Of a stretch of 64,000 bases of DNA, positions 27,179-40,059 are shown piece after piece. Location: the NCBI GenBank assembly GCA_030390025.1, contig CM059432.1, forward strand, positions 127,102,001 through 127,166,000, given 5' to 3'. The position numbers and the translations under genes were made by a program. The stretch is from Squalus acanthias. Lineage: Eukaryota. How positions within the stretch are numbered: position 1 is the first letter of the stretch; every line of letters starts with the position of its first letter. A model generated the notes under the pieces. That model saw nothing but the letters and a program-made list of their open reading frames with translations. It did no database searches and was not told the DNA's origin.

Positions 27179-28861
27179 TGTAGAATTCGCAATATATCGC
27201 GATTTTATAAATAAGGAGAAAAACACATAGTTTCGTTCAAACAGCTTTATTTCAGCAGAATGCTGTCAGGTTTTCAAAGTGGACACAAGCAGCCTGTAAA
27301 ATGGCCGCCACGCCTCGTGGCAGAACATTCTAGACTTTTCGATAAGCAGACAAGATGGCGTTCCAATAAACATTTGTGCGAGATCGATCAAGACTCAGTA
27401 CATTTAAGATAATACACGAGACATCATGGGTTTGCAGTATACACATAAATACTGAAATCGGTCTCCCAGGTGCGAATAAGGGCTATTGTACCAAGTAATC
27501 AAGAACCCATCCAAAGACATTAATATGCAAAATCCCCACGACTCTACGATGAGAGAGCCGTTAGCGGGTAGTTACAGAAAACATTTCGAAGCCCCAAAAC
27601 CCCTCCAGGGAGAATACCGACCGGTTACACAATGGGAGAAATATTAACAGGTACTCAGACAGTTACGAGTATCCCCGAAACCCATTAAAACGGAGATCAC
27701 CCTATACAAGAGATTTGAGCGCCAAACCCTAACAAAAGAAAAGACATTAAGGTTGTGCGGAAAAAGGAAGAGTTTTGCACTATAACTGCAAGCTCCAACC
27801 GTCCATCTTTCTCTTATCCTCGTGGCTGCTCTTGTGCTCTTATCCTTTCGACTCCTTGCCGCTTGCCTCGTGTCTCTGCCTCTTGCAGCTTGAAAGACTG
27901 TTGAACTTTACGATCCGCCAGGATCTGCCTCGTGGCTTGCCGCGAAGATCTGTGTGGAACCGGGCTGTGAAGCCTTGAAACGGGCGCACCATCCCGAGAA
28001 GTCGGTAAACGGTGTTGGAACCGAAGGCCCGAGATGAGATGAGATGAGATGAGAAGAGAAGAAGACCATACGTATCGCCACGGTCAGTAAGCTCCGACCG
28101 CGCCTGTAGGTCGAATAGACACTTTCCTTGCCCAGGAAGACCATCTTTGAATTTTACAGAACTGCCAGGAAGACTATTCTTCGAATTTTATCGCATCAGT
28201 GCGAGGGCACAGGAAGACTTTTTTTGAGTAGAGTCGGAACTCCGAGGACAACACAGATCTTCATGACAGCAGACGGTCCAGCCTGCTAGCCGGAGCAGAA
28301 ACGAGTAAACAAGTGGGGTACAGAGACCCCTGATCAACACGTGGGTGATCAGGTGCTGCGGTGGAAAAATATCCGATCAGAGTTTTCGGAATTCTCTGAG
28401 TTATCACGAGTGGTGAGCATGAGTCTCGATCCTACAAATCTAGCTTAGAGCAGGTATTGATAGGGGAGGGTTTAAGTTTTAAGGATAACTATAATGTGTG
28501 CCCCCATTTACGATGTGTCGTTCGTTCCTCGTTTCCCTGAAATTAGTTACATAACTGCGTGTAAGATTGTACTGTCATTAATCTGTGCTTATGACATGTA
28601 TTTCGTAATCTTGAATAATATGCAATAAAGATTTTCCATTTCGTATCATTCAACCGGGTCTACCTGAGTTTTCTCTCCATTACTGCTCTCGCATCTAAGT
28701 CCAGTGTCAGAACCGTAAGGGCGAGTGGGTCGAACCACTCACAGGTGTCTAGTGTTCCCAGACTGGCTGGAGACCAGAACAGGCAATAAGGCCTAAACTC
28801 GCACTAGCATCCAGGCTGCACAGAGCCACACGAATCTCACAGGTTCAGAGAAACCCTTACA
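27179..28861. mobile_element. 1683-bp solo LTR (ERV or Gypsy origin unresolved)
   Basis: Starts TGTAG, ends TTACA; 4-bp TSD TGCC (27175-27178, 28862-28865) inside the L2; CpG-rich; TATA-like and AATAAA signals; no recognisable coding content. Confidence 0.75.
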
Positions 28862-29319
28862 TGCCCCATATCCTAACTCGTACTAAGTCCCATTCACCCA
28901 TCATGCCTGTGTTTGCTGACCTACATTGGCTCCCGGTCTGGCAATGCCTCAATTTTAAAATCCTCATCCTTGTTTTCAAATCCCTCATGGCCTCGCCCCT
29001 CCCTCTCTCTGTAACCTCCTCCAGCCCTAGAACCCTCCGAGATCTCTTCACTCTTCCAATTCTGGCCTCTTGCACATCCCCGATTTTAATCACTCCACCA
29101 TTGGTAGCCGTGATTTCAGCTGTCTAGGCCCTAAGCTCTGGAATTCCCTCTTTAAACCTCTCCGCCTCTCCACCTCTCTTTCCTCCTTTAAGACGCCCCT
29201 TAAAACTTACCTCTTTGACTCAGCTTTTGGTCATCTGTCCTAATATCTATATATGTGGATTTGTCCCAAATTTTGTTGGATAACGCTCCTGTGAAGTGCA
29301 TTCATTTGCAGTCCTTGTG

Positions 29320-29700
29320 GTGATGCTGCTCACACAATGATGTTAGGTTGGCAATTTGAGTATTTTGACCTAAGCTTAGCTATATCTATAACTTTCTGCT
29401 TTTGGTGTTTAACATGCAGTTTAGCCTGTGTTGTAGCTTCACTAGGATAGTACCTGATTCTGAGGTATGACCGGTTGTACACCTGGTATGGCCTTTTACA
29501 CTCCATATTGAAGGTGGGTTGATTTCCTGACTTGATGGTGATGAATGATTGAGGAATGTGCCATAATATTGGGTTACAGATTGTGGTGGTGTACAATTAT
29601 GCTAATTGTCTACAGTTCCTCATGGATTCCTATTTTTAGGCAGTTGGGTCTGTCCTAGTTGGCACAGTTGTGGTGACACACTGCACAATAGAGAGTGTCC
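29320..29700 (-). mobile_element. Degenerate LINE fragment, same family as 560-2790
   Basis: Reverse complement resembles 600-830 (tgtagcttcac..aggatagtacctgatt; ccatattgaaggtgggttgat). Confidence 0.55.
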
Positions 29701-29721
29701 CCACTCTGAAGGCAAAACTAT

Positions 29722-30439
29722 GGCCCAAAATTTGCTGGAGTTGGATTCTTTTCCTCACCCTTCAGCTTCAATTATTTTTGCGTTGCGAATTGCTGGAAGT
29801 GCGAGTTGATAACAATGCAGTGAAGCCAACGGGGCATCTGGGACCTTGGTGAACAACCGACCAATAGTTTATTTCCATAACCAATTAAATTTAAGGATAG
29901 AGATAGCAACAGAATGAATGACAGAGAAGGAAATAAGGCCAATTAGAGTCAAATTAGATACAGAACGAGAAATAAAGAGAGGGAAAGAAAAATTGGATTA
30001 CGAGAGGGAAAAAAAGAGACAGGAAATATTACAATTTTTTAAAAAAACTCTAGAAATAATTTACTACCTGCAGGAATGAAACTCCACAGTTTCAATTCTT
30101 CCCTTTCTGGGCCTCCAAGATTGAGTGGCATGTTCGGACCATAAATCAACCCATTAACAGGATCCTTACGACGTGAAATAGCAGCCCTAACTTTCTGCAG
30201 GGAGTTTAATTAGTATTTACGGTGCAAATCCAGCAATTTCTTAACATTCATGGAGTGGTTGATGGCGAGCTCCCGTTTTTGCGAGGCTAACGGCGGAGTG
30301 GTGCAAATCAGCCAGCAGGTTTATGGTGATTCGCAACTCATGGCGTATCTCTTCATCGCCACAAATTGCTGGGTCTTTTATGCACTAATAACGACGTGCG
30401 CCATGAACTTGCTGTTAGTTTTCCATCAAATTCTGGGCC
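29722..30439. mobile_element. PIF/Harbinger-like MITE
   Basis: 18-bp TIRs GGCCCAAAATTTGCTGGA / TCCATCAAATTCTGGGCC (2 mismatches), 3-bp TSD TAT. Confidence 0.8.
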
Positions 30440-32069
30440 TATGTGTTTACAAGGACTGTGTGATGGATACTGCTACCAGTGCTATTATAGACAGATATGT
30501 CTGCGACAACTCGTCAGCTTGCACTGCAGAGAAACCCTTATGCTGCAACTGACTCTGCTTCCTATGCTTTGCTATTTAACTATATCAAAGTGTTATATCA
30601 AAATAAGGACAGAATGTTTGTCTTTAAAGTGGATATTGAATTATGCTTGCATGCCCTGGTTCACTTATCCCTTGCCCTCTAACCCCAGTTCACTTGAAGT
30701 CTACATTTTGTTCGTATTAACTCCGTGTACAATGCTGTATGAGAGCAATCCGTATATTATATTCCTGTGCAAAAATGACTACATCTGGAATTTATCCACA
30801 TTATTCATTGCCAAAATCTGATGTGAAAAATTAATTTTAATACATCTGTAATTTCCTGTTCCTTAATAAAATTTCTACCCAATTTATCACTTAAATGTCA
30901 TATGTGGTCTTTTATTATTGCTCGTTCTTGTACAGTTCGATCTCTCTTGTTGCTCGGATCAGCCTTTCTTTCTTTCATTCTGAATAAAATGTAAATCTGA
31001 AATAAAAACGAAGTGCTGGAAATACTCAAAAGGTCCATCAGCATTTGTCAAGACTGGTTAACATTGTATTTTCAGAATGTTCTGTTTTTATTTCTTTTAT
31101 CCTGTTGCCCATTCTAATCTTCCTGTTTGCTTCACTCAGTTTTCTATACTGTGGCTCCAAGTGTTCGCTACTTTTCGTTTCCTTGTATTTTTTTTCCTTA
31201 TCCTTTTTCTGGCAGTTTTCTCCCCTCTCCAGAAGGTGTTGATTCATTGCTGGGGTACATTTTCTTAAGTGGTGGTCGCCCTCTGTTACCCCACCCAAGT
31301 AGCCATTGTTGAAGCGTAAACCTAGACAGCGATTGTTGGCATATCGGGGTATCACAGTTGAGCCCAATCCTGTCCACACCTACTGTTCACAACATGCACT
31401 TGCAGTAGGCATTGCTGGATAGTGATGAGAAGGGGCAATCCTGAATGACTTTCCCCTCTCTAAATTTGGGGCGTTAAAGCCAATTATAGTTCTTGTATCG
31501 CCACCCCAGCTGTATTTAGTTAATTCAGAACAGACCAAGCATCAAAATCGAGACTTCAGTTCTTCATGGCTCAGCTACTTACACCCTTAACCAGCTCACC
31601 ACCTTGTATATTTTGTGAGAACAATCCTACTTTGTTAGCGTTATTTTTGTCTTCCTTATTCAGCCGCTATGATTTGGTCTTGTTCTTTCTGCTACATAAT
31701 AAACTTCCTTTTCATATTTCTTAAAGTAACCTTTAAAATCCATTTTAGTTCAATTATATTTGTTTGTTTCACTTTCCACTTAATTCTCAATAGTCAGGAC
31801 TCTGTTATATTCGCTGCCACTTGAAGAAAACAAGTAATATCCTCTGAACTCGAGGTACAAGTGTTTGTGTAGCGGGGATTGGATGCAAAATGTCTTTTTT
31901 GAGTGCTACGCTGTGGGTGTTTGTTCATAGCTCTTAATATACCGTGTTATTCTTAATATTTGTTTCTTGGAGCCAAGATAAACCTCTTCATCCAAAGTAA
32001 CAGCAGCCTGTCTCCGTTTTTGGAGCCTCTAGACTTTCTGTTCTGAAGTCATGCTGCTGTTAAGTTGGG

Positions 32070-32278
32070 ACAGAAACAGAAAATGCTGGAAGCACTCAGC
32101 AGGTCAGTCAGCATCTATGGAGAGGACAGACACATTAATGTTTCAAATGTGGACCATCTGTCACCCGAAAAGTTAACTTGTCTGTTCTCTCCAGTGATGC
32201 TGAATGGCCTGCAAGCAGTTCCAGCATTTTCTGTTTTGTTCTCCGATTTCCAGCATCTGCAGTTTTCTTTTTGCTTTT
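32070..32278. mobile_element. Head-to-head inverted Penelope pLTR fragments
   Basis: acagaaaatgctggaa..cagcatc..tggagag is mirrored by ctctcca..gatgctg..ttccagcattttctgt; matches the pLTR at 39330-39460. Confidence 0.7.
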
Positions 32279-32929
32279 TGTGATGTATTGTTTTTTTGTG
32301 CCTTTTAATCTAACAATACAATAATCACTAGAACTGAAGTGTTCAACCTTTCTCAGGTGACTAATCAATTATGGTGGACTGCTAAAAACCAGATCCAATG
32401 TTGCATCTGCCCTTGTAGCAGCAACTAATTAAGAAACTGTAATTGAGTATTTCTGATTATTGTTTGGGGTTTCACCAATCCCTTTTGCTAAATATTTGAA
32501 GTAGTGGGAGACATAGGGCTATGGGAAGAGAAGAAGGCAGGGTAATTAGTTTTGCATTGTTGCTGGCAAAGATGAGATTTGCCAAATGGCCTCTTTCCGT
32601 GCTGTAAACCTCCATGTTTCTAAGCTGTAAACTTTTAAATTTTGCAAGACTTTCCCTTCCTTCTCATAATATGCTCTTTGCACATGAAAAATCGGGTGGA
32701 GAGAGCCTAGCCAGCCAGACTGGGTAGAGGATGGAAAATCTGATGAGGTAGTACCTCCTTAAAGGGTACTGTTCACCATTAAATGGAGGGGAATTTTTGG
32801 TATGTTTAAAGTTCAGCATCCAGTAGGGGAAAACTAGCCACTAGGGCCAAAGTACGTGTACCCACCATTACACATATTATCACTCTTGGGTAAGTGGTAA
32901 AAAAACAAAAGTGTGACTTGCAATACCCT

Positions 32930-35900
32930 CATTGGAGGCGGTACCAGCGGCGGCCGAACCTTCGACGATTTCCAAAAAAAAGGAGTGATGTCACAAGACA
33001 AGCAGGTAGGTGATTGGTTAGTGAGTATTAAGGGTTTTTTTCCTCTCTAACCTAGGACAGTGGTTTAAACTAGGTGCGGGAAACTACAAAATACTGTGTT
33101 AAATTTATAGTTTAACTGGTTAAACGAATTAATATAACTATAAATAATCATTGAATAAAAACTTTAACTAATTTAAATAAATAAAATAAGGCTAGACTAA
33201 GATATGGCAGGGCAGGTTGTGTGTCTGGACTGCAGTATGTGGGAGTTTGTGGACAGCAAGACTGTCCCGAGCGAACACGTCTACAGGAGATGTCTCCATC
33301 TCGGATCTCTCTGGTTCAGAGTCATTGAGCTGGAGTGCGAGTTGGAGACACTCCGACACATAAGGGAGGGGGAGGAATTTCTGGACAGTTTTATCCAGAA
33401 TGCAGTCACACCCCAGAGGAAAGCACAGGTTCAGGAAGATGAGGGTGTGACTGCTAGGGAGCCGGGTAGCGGGGATTTACGAGAGGTTGAGAAGGAGGTC
33501 CCGCAGACACTGGTCCTGTCCAACAGGTACGAAGTACTCGCTACCTGTGAGGACAAGGACAAAGACTCCAGGGAAGACAGCCACAATGCAGACCAAGGCA
33601 CCGTGGCTAAGAAGGCTGTCCAAGAGGGTGGTGGGGGGGAGAAAGAGCAGAATAGAAATGTGGTGTGATAGGAGACACTAATTAGGGGGATAGATAGCGT
33701 CTTCTGCAGCCAAGATAGAGAATCCTGACGGGTGTGTTGCCAGGGTAAGGGATATCTCTCGGCAGCTGGAGAGGAACCTGGAAATGGAGGGGGTATATCC
33801 AGTTTTCGTGGTCCATGTTGGAATGAACGACGTAGGTAGGAATAGGGAGGAGGTCCTGCTGAAAGAGTATCAGGACCAAGGCTCTAAATTCTGACGAAAG
33901 GTCTTCGACCTGAAACGTTAACTCTGTTTCTCTCTCCATGGATGCTGCCTGGCCTGCTGAGTTTTTCCAGCGTTTTCTGTTGTTATTTCTAAATTAAAAA
34001 ACAGGACCTCGAGGGTAATAATCTCTGGATTATTGTCCGAGCCACGTGCAAATTGGCATAGAAGCAGACAGATCAGGAGAATTAACACGTGGCTAAAGGA
34101 CTGGTGTGGGAAAGAGGGGGTTCCTTTTCATGGGACACTGGCACCAGTTCTGGGACAGGAAGGAGCTGTATCGATGGGATGGGCTCCACCTGAACCGGGA
34201 TGGGACCCGTGTCCTAGCGGAAAGGGTAAATAGGGAGGTAGCAAAGGCTTTAAACTAGTAAGATGGGGGGAGGGATCTACAAGAAACGTAACCAGCCTAA
34301 TTATAAACAAAACAGGAAAAGAGAGCATAGGAAAGAATAAAGTAAGGGAGGACATTGATGGCAAGGGAATAAATAGAGTTATAGAACAGGAGTCTAAAAA
34401 GATGGTTAAACATAAAGTGAGAGGAAATCCTATTAAAAATGAGTTAAACTGTCTGTACAGCAATACACACAGTGTCGGTAATAAAACGGGAGCTGGAGGC
34501 AATCATGCGTTGCAAGGAACCAGACATAGTAGGGATTATTGAGACATGGCTACAGAAAAATCAGGACTGGGAATTAAACATTGCAGGGTACAACATATTT
34601 AGAAAAGATAGAGAGGGAAAAGGGGGAGGTGGAGTAGCTGTACTTATTAGGGATAACATAATGGCAGTAGAAAAAAGTGACACAGCTATCAGCAAGACAA
34701 AAATAGAATCCATATGGATAGAGATAATAAAGGATCAGTCACACTAATAGGTGTAGTCTACAGACCACCTAATAGTGGAAGGGAGGTGGAGGAAGAAATA
34801 TGCAGACAAATTAGGGGAATGAGTAAAAAACATAGAATAATAATCATGGGGGATTTCAATTACCCTGATATTAATTGGACAGAAGAGATAGGTAAAGGGG
34901 ATAAGGGAATGGAGTTCCTACAATGTGTACAGGACTCCTTTCGAACCCAATATGTAAAAAGCCCAACAAGGGAGGATTCACTATTGGATCGAGTAATGGG
35001 GAATGAACCAGAGCAGATAAGAGAAGTAAAAGTAGGGTATCATCTAGGCAATAGTGACCATAATATAATACGCTTTAAGATGATAATTGAGAAGGACATA
35101 AGTATGACAAAAACCAGGGTAATAGATTGGAGAAAAGCTGATTTTGAGTGGCTGAGAATAGAACTTGGGAAAATAAAATGGGCAACAATATTGGCAAACA
35201 ACGATGTAGAACAGCAATGGGAAACCTTTCAAATGGTGTTCAACAGAGTGCAGGAACAATATATTCTGCTAAAAGGAAAGAACAAACAATAATGAGACTC
35301 CATGGATGAATAAAGCCATAAGGAAACAATTGAGGGTAAGGAAAGAGGCATACATTAAGTACATAGACAGCAGGGGAGTGCATGATAAGGGAGAATATGA
35401 AGAGATTAGGAGTGAAGTCAAAAAAAATTAGGAAGGCAAAGAGGAACTATGAAACTAAATTATCAAGGAACATAAAACAAAATAGTAAAATATTTTACAG
35501 GCACATCAATTTAAAAAAAGGAAGGTTGGGATGGGAATAGGGCCATTAAGGGATAGACAGGATAATACCACAGGTAACGATAGAGAGATGGCAGAAATAT
35601 TAAATAATTATTTTGCTTCAGTATTTACCAGGGAGATAGAACAGGTGGACATGCCATTGGATAATGAGATAAGTGTATTTAAAATAAAAAGAGGGGATAT
35701 ATTAAATAAACTAATCAAACTCAGAGGATAAAACCCCTGGTCCGGATGGATTGCATCCACTAATTTAAAAAGAATCTAGGGAAGAGATAGCAGAGGCATT
35801 ACTACACATATTTAATAATTCGTTAGAAAAAGGTGGAGTGCCAGAGGACTGGCGGATAGCTAATGTAATACCTATATTTAAGAAGGGAGACAGAACATGT

Positions 35901-37310
35901 CCAGGGAACTATAGACCAGTCAGCTTAACATCAGTGGTAGGAAAAATAATGGAATCCCTACTAAAGGAGAGACTAGAAGAACATCTAGAAACCAAAAACA
36001 TTGTAATGAATAGTCAGCATGGATTTCAAAAGGGAAAGTCTTGCTTGACCAACCTCATTGAATTTTTTGAAGAGGTAACAGAGAGAGTAGACAATGGTAA
36101 TGCAGTAGGTGTAATTTATCTAGATTTTCAAAAGGCCTTCAATAAGGTACCCCATAATAGACTGATGAACAAGATCAGAGAATGCAGAGTCAGGGGACAA
36201 GTAGCAGAATGGATAGCTAGCTGGCTTCAAGACAGAAAGCAGCGAGTAGGGGTAAAGGGTAGCTATTCACAGTGGCAGAAGGTGGGTAGTGGTGTTCCAC
36301 AAGGATCAGTGCTGGGACCACTGCTGTTCACAATTTACATTAACGATTTAGACTTTGGAATCAAAAACACAATTTCTAAATTTGCGGATGACACCAAATT
36401 GGGGGGAATAGTCAATACTGAGGAGGACTGCAACAAATTACAGGAAGACATTAATAAACTTGCAGAATGGGCATATAATTGGCAAATGAAGTTCAACACA
36501 GATAAATGTGAGGTATTACATTTTGGTAGGAAGAATAGGGAGGTCACTTATTACTTGGAGGGTGCGAGTCTAGGTGGGGTAGAGGAACAAAGGAATCTCG
36601 GAGTACAAATACACAAATCACTAAAAGTTGCGACACAGGTTAGCAAGATCATAAAAAAAGCAAACCAAGCACTAGGGTTTATTTCTAGAGGGATAGAGTT
36701 GAAAAGTAGGGAAGTTATGCTAAACCTGTATCGAACCTTGGTTAGACCACACTTGGAGTACTGCGTACAATTCTGGTCGCCATGTTATAAAAGGATATGG
36801 AGGCACTGGAGAGGGTGCAGAGGAGATTTACAAGGATGATACCAGAAATGCGAGGGTATACATATCAGGAAAGGATGAACAGGCTGGGTCTCTTTTCTCT
36901 TGAAAAAAGAAGGCTGAGGGGTGACCTAATAGAGGTCTTTAAAATTATGAGAAGTTTTGATAGAGTGGATAGAGAGAGAATGTTTCCACTTGTAGGGAAG
37001 AGCATAACTAGGGGCCATCAATATAAGATAGTCGCCAAGAAATCCAATAGGGAATTCAGAAGAAACTTCTTTACCCAAAGAATGGTGAGAATGTGGAACT
37101 CACTACCACATGGAGTGGTTGAAGCGAAAAGTATAGATGCATTTAAGGGGAGGCTAGACAAGCATATGAGGGAAAAGGGAATAGAGGGTCATGCTGATAG
37201 ATTTAGATGAGGAAAGACGGGAGGAGGCTCGAGTGGAGCATAAATGCCGACATGGACAGTTGGGCCGAATGGCCTGTTTCTGTGCCGTATATCCTATGTA
37301 ATCCTATGTA
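32930..37310 (+). mobile_element. Near full-length degenerate CR1 LINE
   Basis: ORF1 MAGQVVCLDCSMWE; APE IETWL, YRPPNS, MGDFNYPDINW, NSDHNII; RT ORF 35838-36839 (KFADDTKLG); tail atcctatgtaatcctatgta. Confidence 0.92.
33891..33987 (+). mobile_element. Solo Penelope pLTR fragment (family 1) with intact hammerhead core, inserted in CR1 ORF1
   Basis: 8-bp TSD TCTAAATT (33883-33890, 33988-33995); CTGACGA-AAGGTCTTCGACCT-GAAACGTT. Confidence 0.85.
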
Positions 37311-37505
37311 AACCCTCGGGAAGGTATCATGCAAAGCATAGTGACAACTGTTTCCCTTTTCTATACACACTTTTATTACAGAAAAGCTGCAAAGCACACT
37401 TCGTGGGGCATGCAAATAACTTTCACCTGTACTGTCACCAGACTGGATATACGTGCTGGTTGGAATGCACTCACACAAGGAGGGATGTGATCTGATTACA
37501 AGGAT

Positions 37506-37604
37506 TCCTTCACTTCACCTGACGAAGGGGCAGCAGCTCCGAAAGCTTGTGATTTCAAATAAAACTGTTGGACTATAACCTGGTGTTATGCGACTTCTCA
37601 CTTT
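37506..37604 (+). mobile_element. Solo Penelope pLTR fragment (family 2) with hammerhead core
   Basis: 13-bp TSD TGATTACAAGGAT (37493-37505, 37605-37617); TCAC-CTGACGA-AGGGGCAGCAGCTCC-GAAAGCTT-GTGA. Confidence 0.85.
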
Positions 37605-38893
37605 TGATTACAAGGATGAATGACAGTTCTCTGCCAATTTCTAACATCTTGATGTCTTGTATGTGCTTTAGGACAAAGGCGGCTGACAACCACCATGAGT
37701 ACATGCACACCAGCAGGGGATCTGCAAAGTATGAAGAAACTGTTGTTTTATGAGGAATTGGTCCTTGGAACTTTTATCTGAGTTTGTGGAGAGGAGGAGA
37801 GTTTGGACACATGCTGTTACTGCTTAGCAAGAAACCTATAGAACCAAAGAAGTCTGCAGCATGGAAGGAGGGCATTCAGCCTGTTGTGCCCAAGTCTTTG
37901 CTTCCTACTCTCCCTATGGACCTGCATCTCTCTCTGCTTCAAATATTTATCCCATTTTCCGTTAAAAGATGCAATGGTCTCTGCTTCAGCCACTCCCTGT
38001 GTCTCTGTGTAGAGAAAATTCCCCTAACTGCTCACCTCATCCTCTTAGTGGCAATTTAAAATTGGTAACCCTTCATCACTGACTCCTTAACCAGAGGAAA
38101 TAGTCTTTCCTTATTCACTCTGACAAAATGCTTCATAATTTTAACAACCTCTATTAAATCTCTTGGCCTCCTTTGCTCCAATGATATCAAGTCCTTCCTC
38201 GTAACTAGTTTCCCTTCCCTGGCATCATTTTAAGTAATCCATGTAATATGCTGTTTATGGCTTTAATGTCCTTTCCAAAGCTGCATTTTGGCTTTGTATT
38301 AATCTCAATGTTGTCTTTCCTTACTTTCATAATCAGTAATACAGAGGCATACATTGCACAACAGTAACAATGCACACAATATATTGGCATCTTACTCGTT
38401 TTAGAAGGCATTCAAACACAAAAGTCCTGTGACTCATCTGACTTGTCTCTTCCTATGAGATTCTCCAAGGTGAGACAGTGTCAGCATGTCGAGTCCCAAG
38501 CACTTCAGCACAGGTTGTGTCACCTGGTGCAAGCACCACCAGAGATCCTAGCAGCTCATGGGAATATAAGCATGGTCAGTGTGGTCTCCTGACCTAGTTT
38601 TTGAACATCTAAGGGGTCAGAGGAATTTTTCAAATTTCTTCCCCTTAATTGGCCTTGGGTTTTTAACAGTTTTTTGCCTCTCCCAGGAGATCCATTGGCA
38701 GCTGGTGAGTAGAGGTATCTAATAATGCTTCAAGCATGACAACTGTATGGGGCAGGCTTGATGGACCAGAATGGTTATTTCCTGCCCGTCATTTTCGTAG
38801 GTTTTATCGTCTCATCCCAGGCCCATTCGTCAGGATGACCAGGGATGTTAAGTAATTTGTTATCTCCTCTCAAATGGCCAATAAATATTCACA

Positions 38894-39460
38894 ACAAATA
38901 TTCCAGTCGCCTGGCACTTTAATTTTCCGCTCCACTCCCACTCTGACCTCAGCCTCTTGTACTGTTCCAACAAAGCTCAACGTAAGCTCGAGGAACAGCA
39001 CCTCATTTTTTGATTAGGCACTTTACAGCCTTCTGGACTCAATATTGAGTTCAACAATTTCAGATCATAACCTCTGCCCCCATTTTTTCGGATGGCAACT
39101 GTTGATAATTCTGCTAATCCCATTTACACCTCATCTAGACCTACCTTTTGTTCTTTTACTTGTCCCATTACCATCTCCTTTTGGCTTGTACAATCATACC
39201 TTTTTTCATTTAATCTTTCCTGCCTTCCACGCTATCACAGACCTTCCCTTTTGTTCTTTCCTCCCCGTTCCCTTTTCCCTGCCTCTGCACTTTCTTAAAA
39301 CCTTGGTACATCTTTTACTTTTTCCAGTTCTGACGAAAGGTCATCGACCTGAAACGTTAACCCTGTTTCTCTCTCCATAGATGCTGCCTGATCTGCTGAG
39401 CATTTCCAGCACTTTCTGTTTTTATTTCAGATTTTCAGCATCTGCAGTATTTTGCTTTTG
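38894..39460 (+). mobile_element. Penelope 3' fragment (family 1: endonuclease end, 3' UTR, pLTR)
   Basis: 11-bp TSD AAATATTCACA (38883-38893, 39461-39471); similar to 19335-19904; hammerhead motif 39326-39361. Confidence 0.88.
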
Positions 39461-40059
39461 AAATATTCACACACCTTGTGGTGAGGACAATTCTGTTCAT
39501 GTGGGCCCTCTGCTCCCAGGGGTCAGAATTAATAAAAAGGGAAAAAATTATGTTGGTAGTCAGGTTTTAAACAGGAAACTGAGTGGTGTGGGCCATAGCC
39601 TGGAACTGGAAGCAAAAATGCAGGAGGTCAGTATTAGCAGTTAGAAGTTATCTAGAAAGAAATTTTAATACTAAAAACAAGTGAGTCAGCTCATTAAAGG
39701 AAAGAAGTGCGATTTAAGTTGCCTAATTAGGAATTTGTATTGACTATGTTCATTTGCTGTCTGTGAAATAAAGCAATTTACCAATTCACATCTGGCTTTG
39801 TCTCATCAAGTCTTTCTCACCTTTGAAAAAATTGGAGAAGTGCACATGAGGGCATAGGGAGTCCTATTGTTACATCCTTAGTTATACCGTCATATAATTA
39901 GATATTTGGCAATGCTGGCACACTCCTGAATGTAAGACACTCAGACCACTTATTGGAGTGATTAGCACCACCATACACTAGAGAATATCTAAGGCAGATC
40001 CTAAATTTGTAACACATGGCCCTTTCCAACAAAAACACTGACCGCACTAAAGAAATAAC

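Larger units (their letters stand above)
15830..29300 (+). mobile_element. One L2 LINE split into six collinear pieces by nested insertions
   Basis: Pieces ~15830-15988, 16864-17592, 19905-20069, 20731-20817, 26961-27178, 28862-29300 continue each other (LDPIPTKLL, FLQLNIGKTEAI, SHSPIMPVFADLHWLPV); three junctions carry TSDs. Confidence 0.75.

Noticed and set aside
27179..28861. Calling the solo LTR a foamy virus
   Set aside because: Length and a 4-bp TSD are not diagnostic; no gag/pol/env or PBS present
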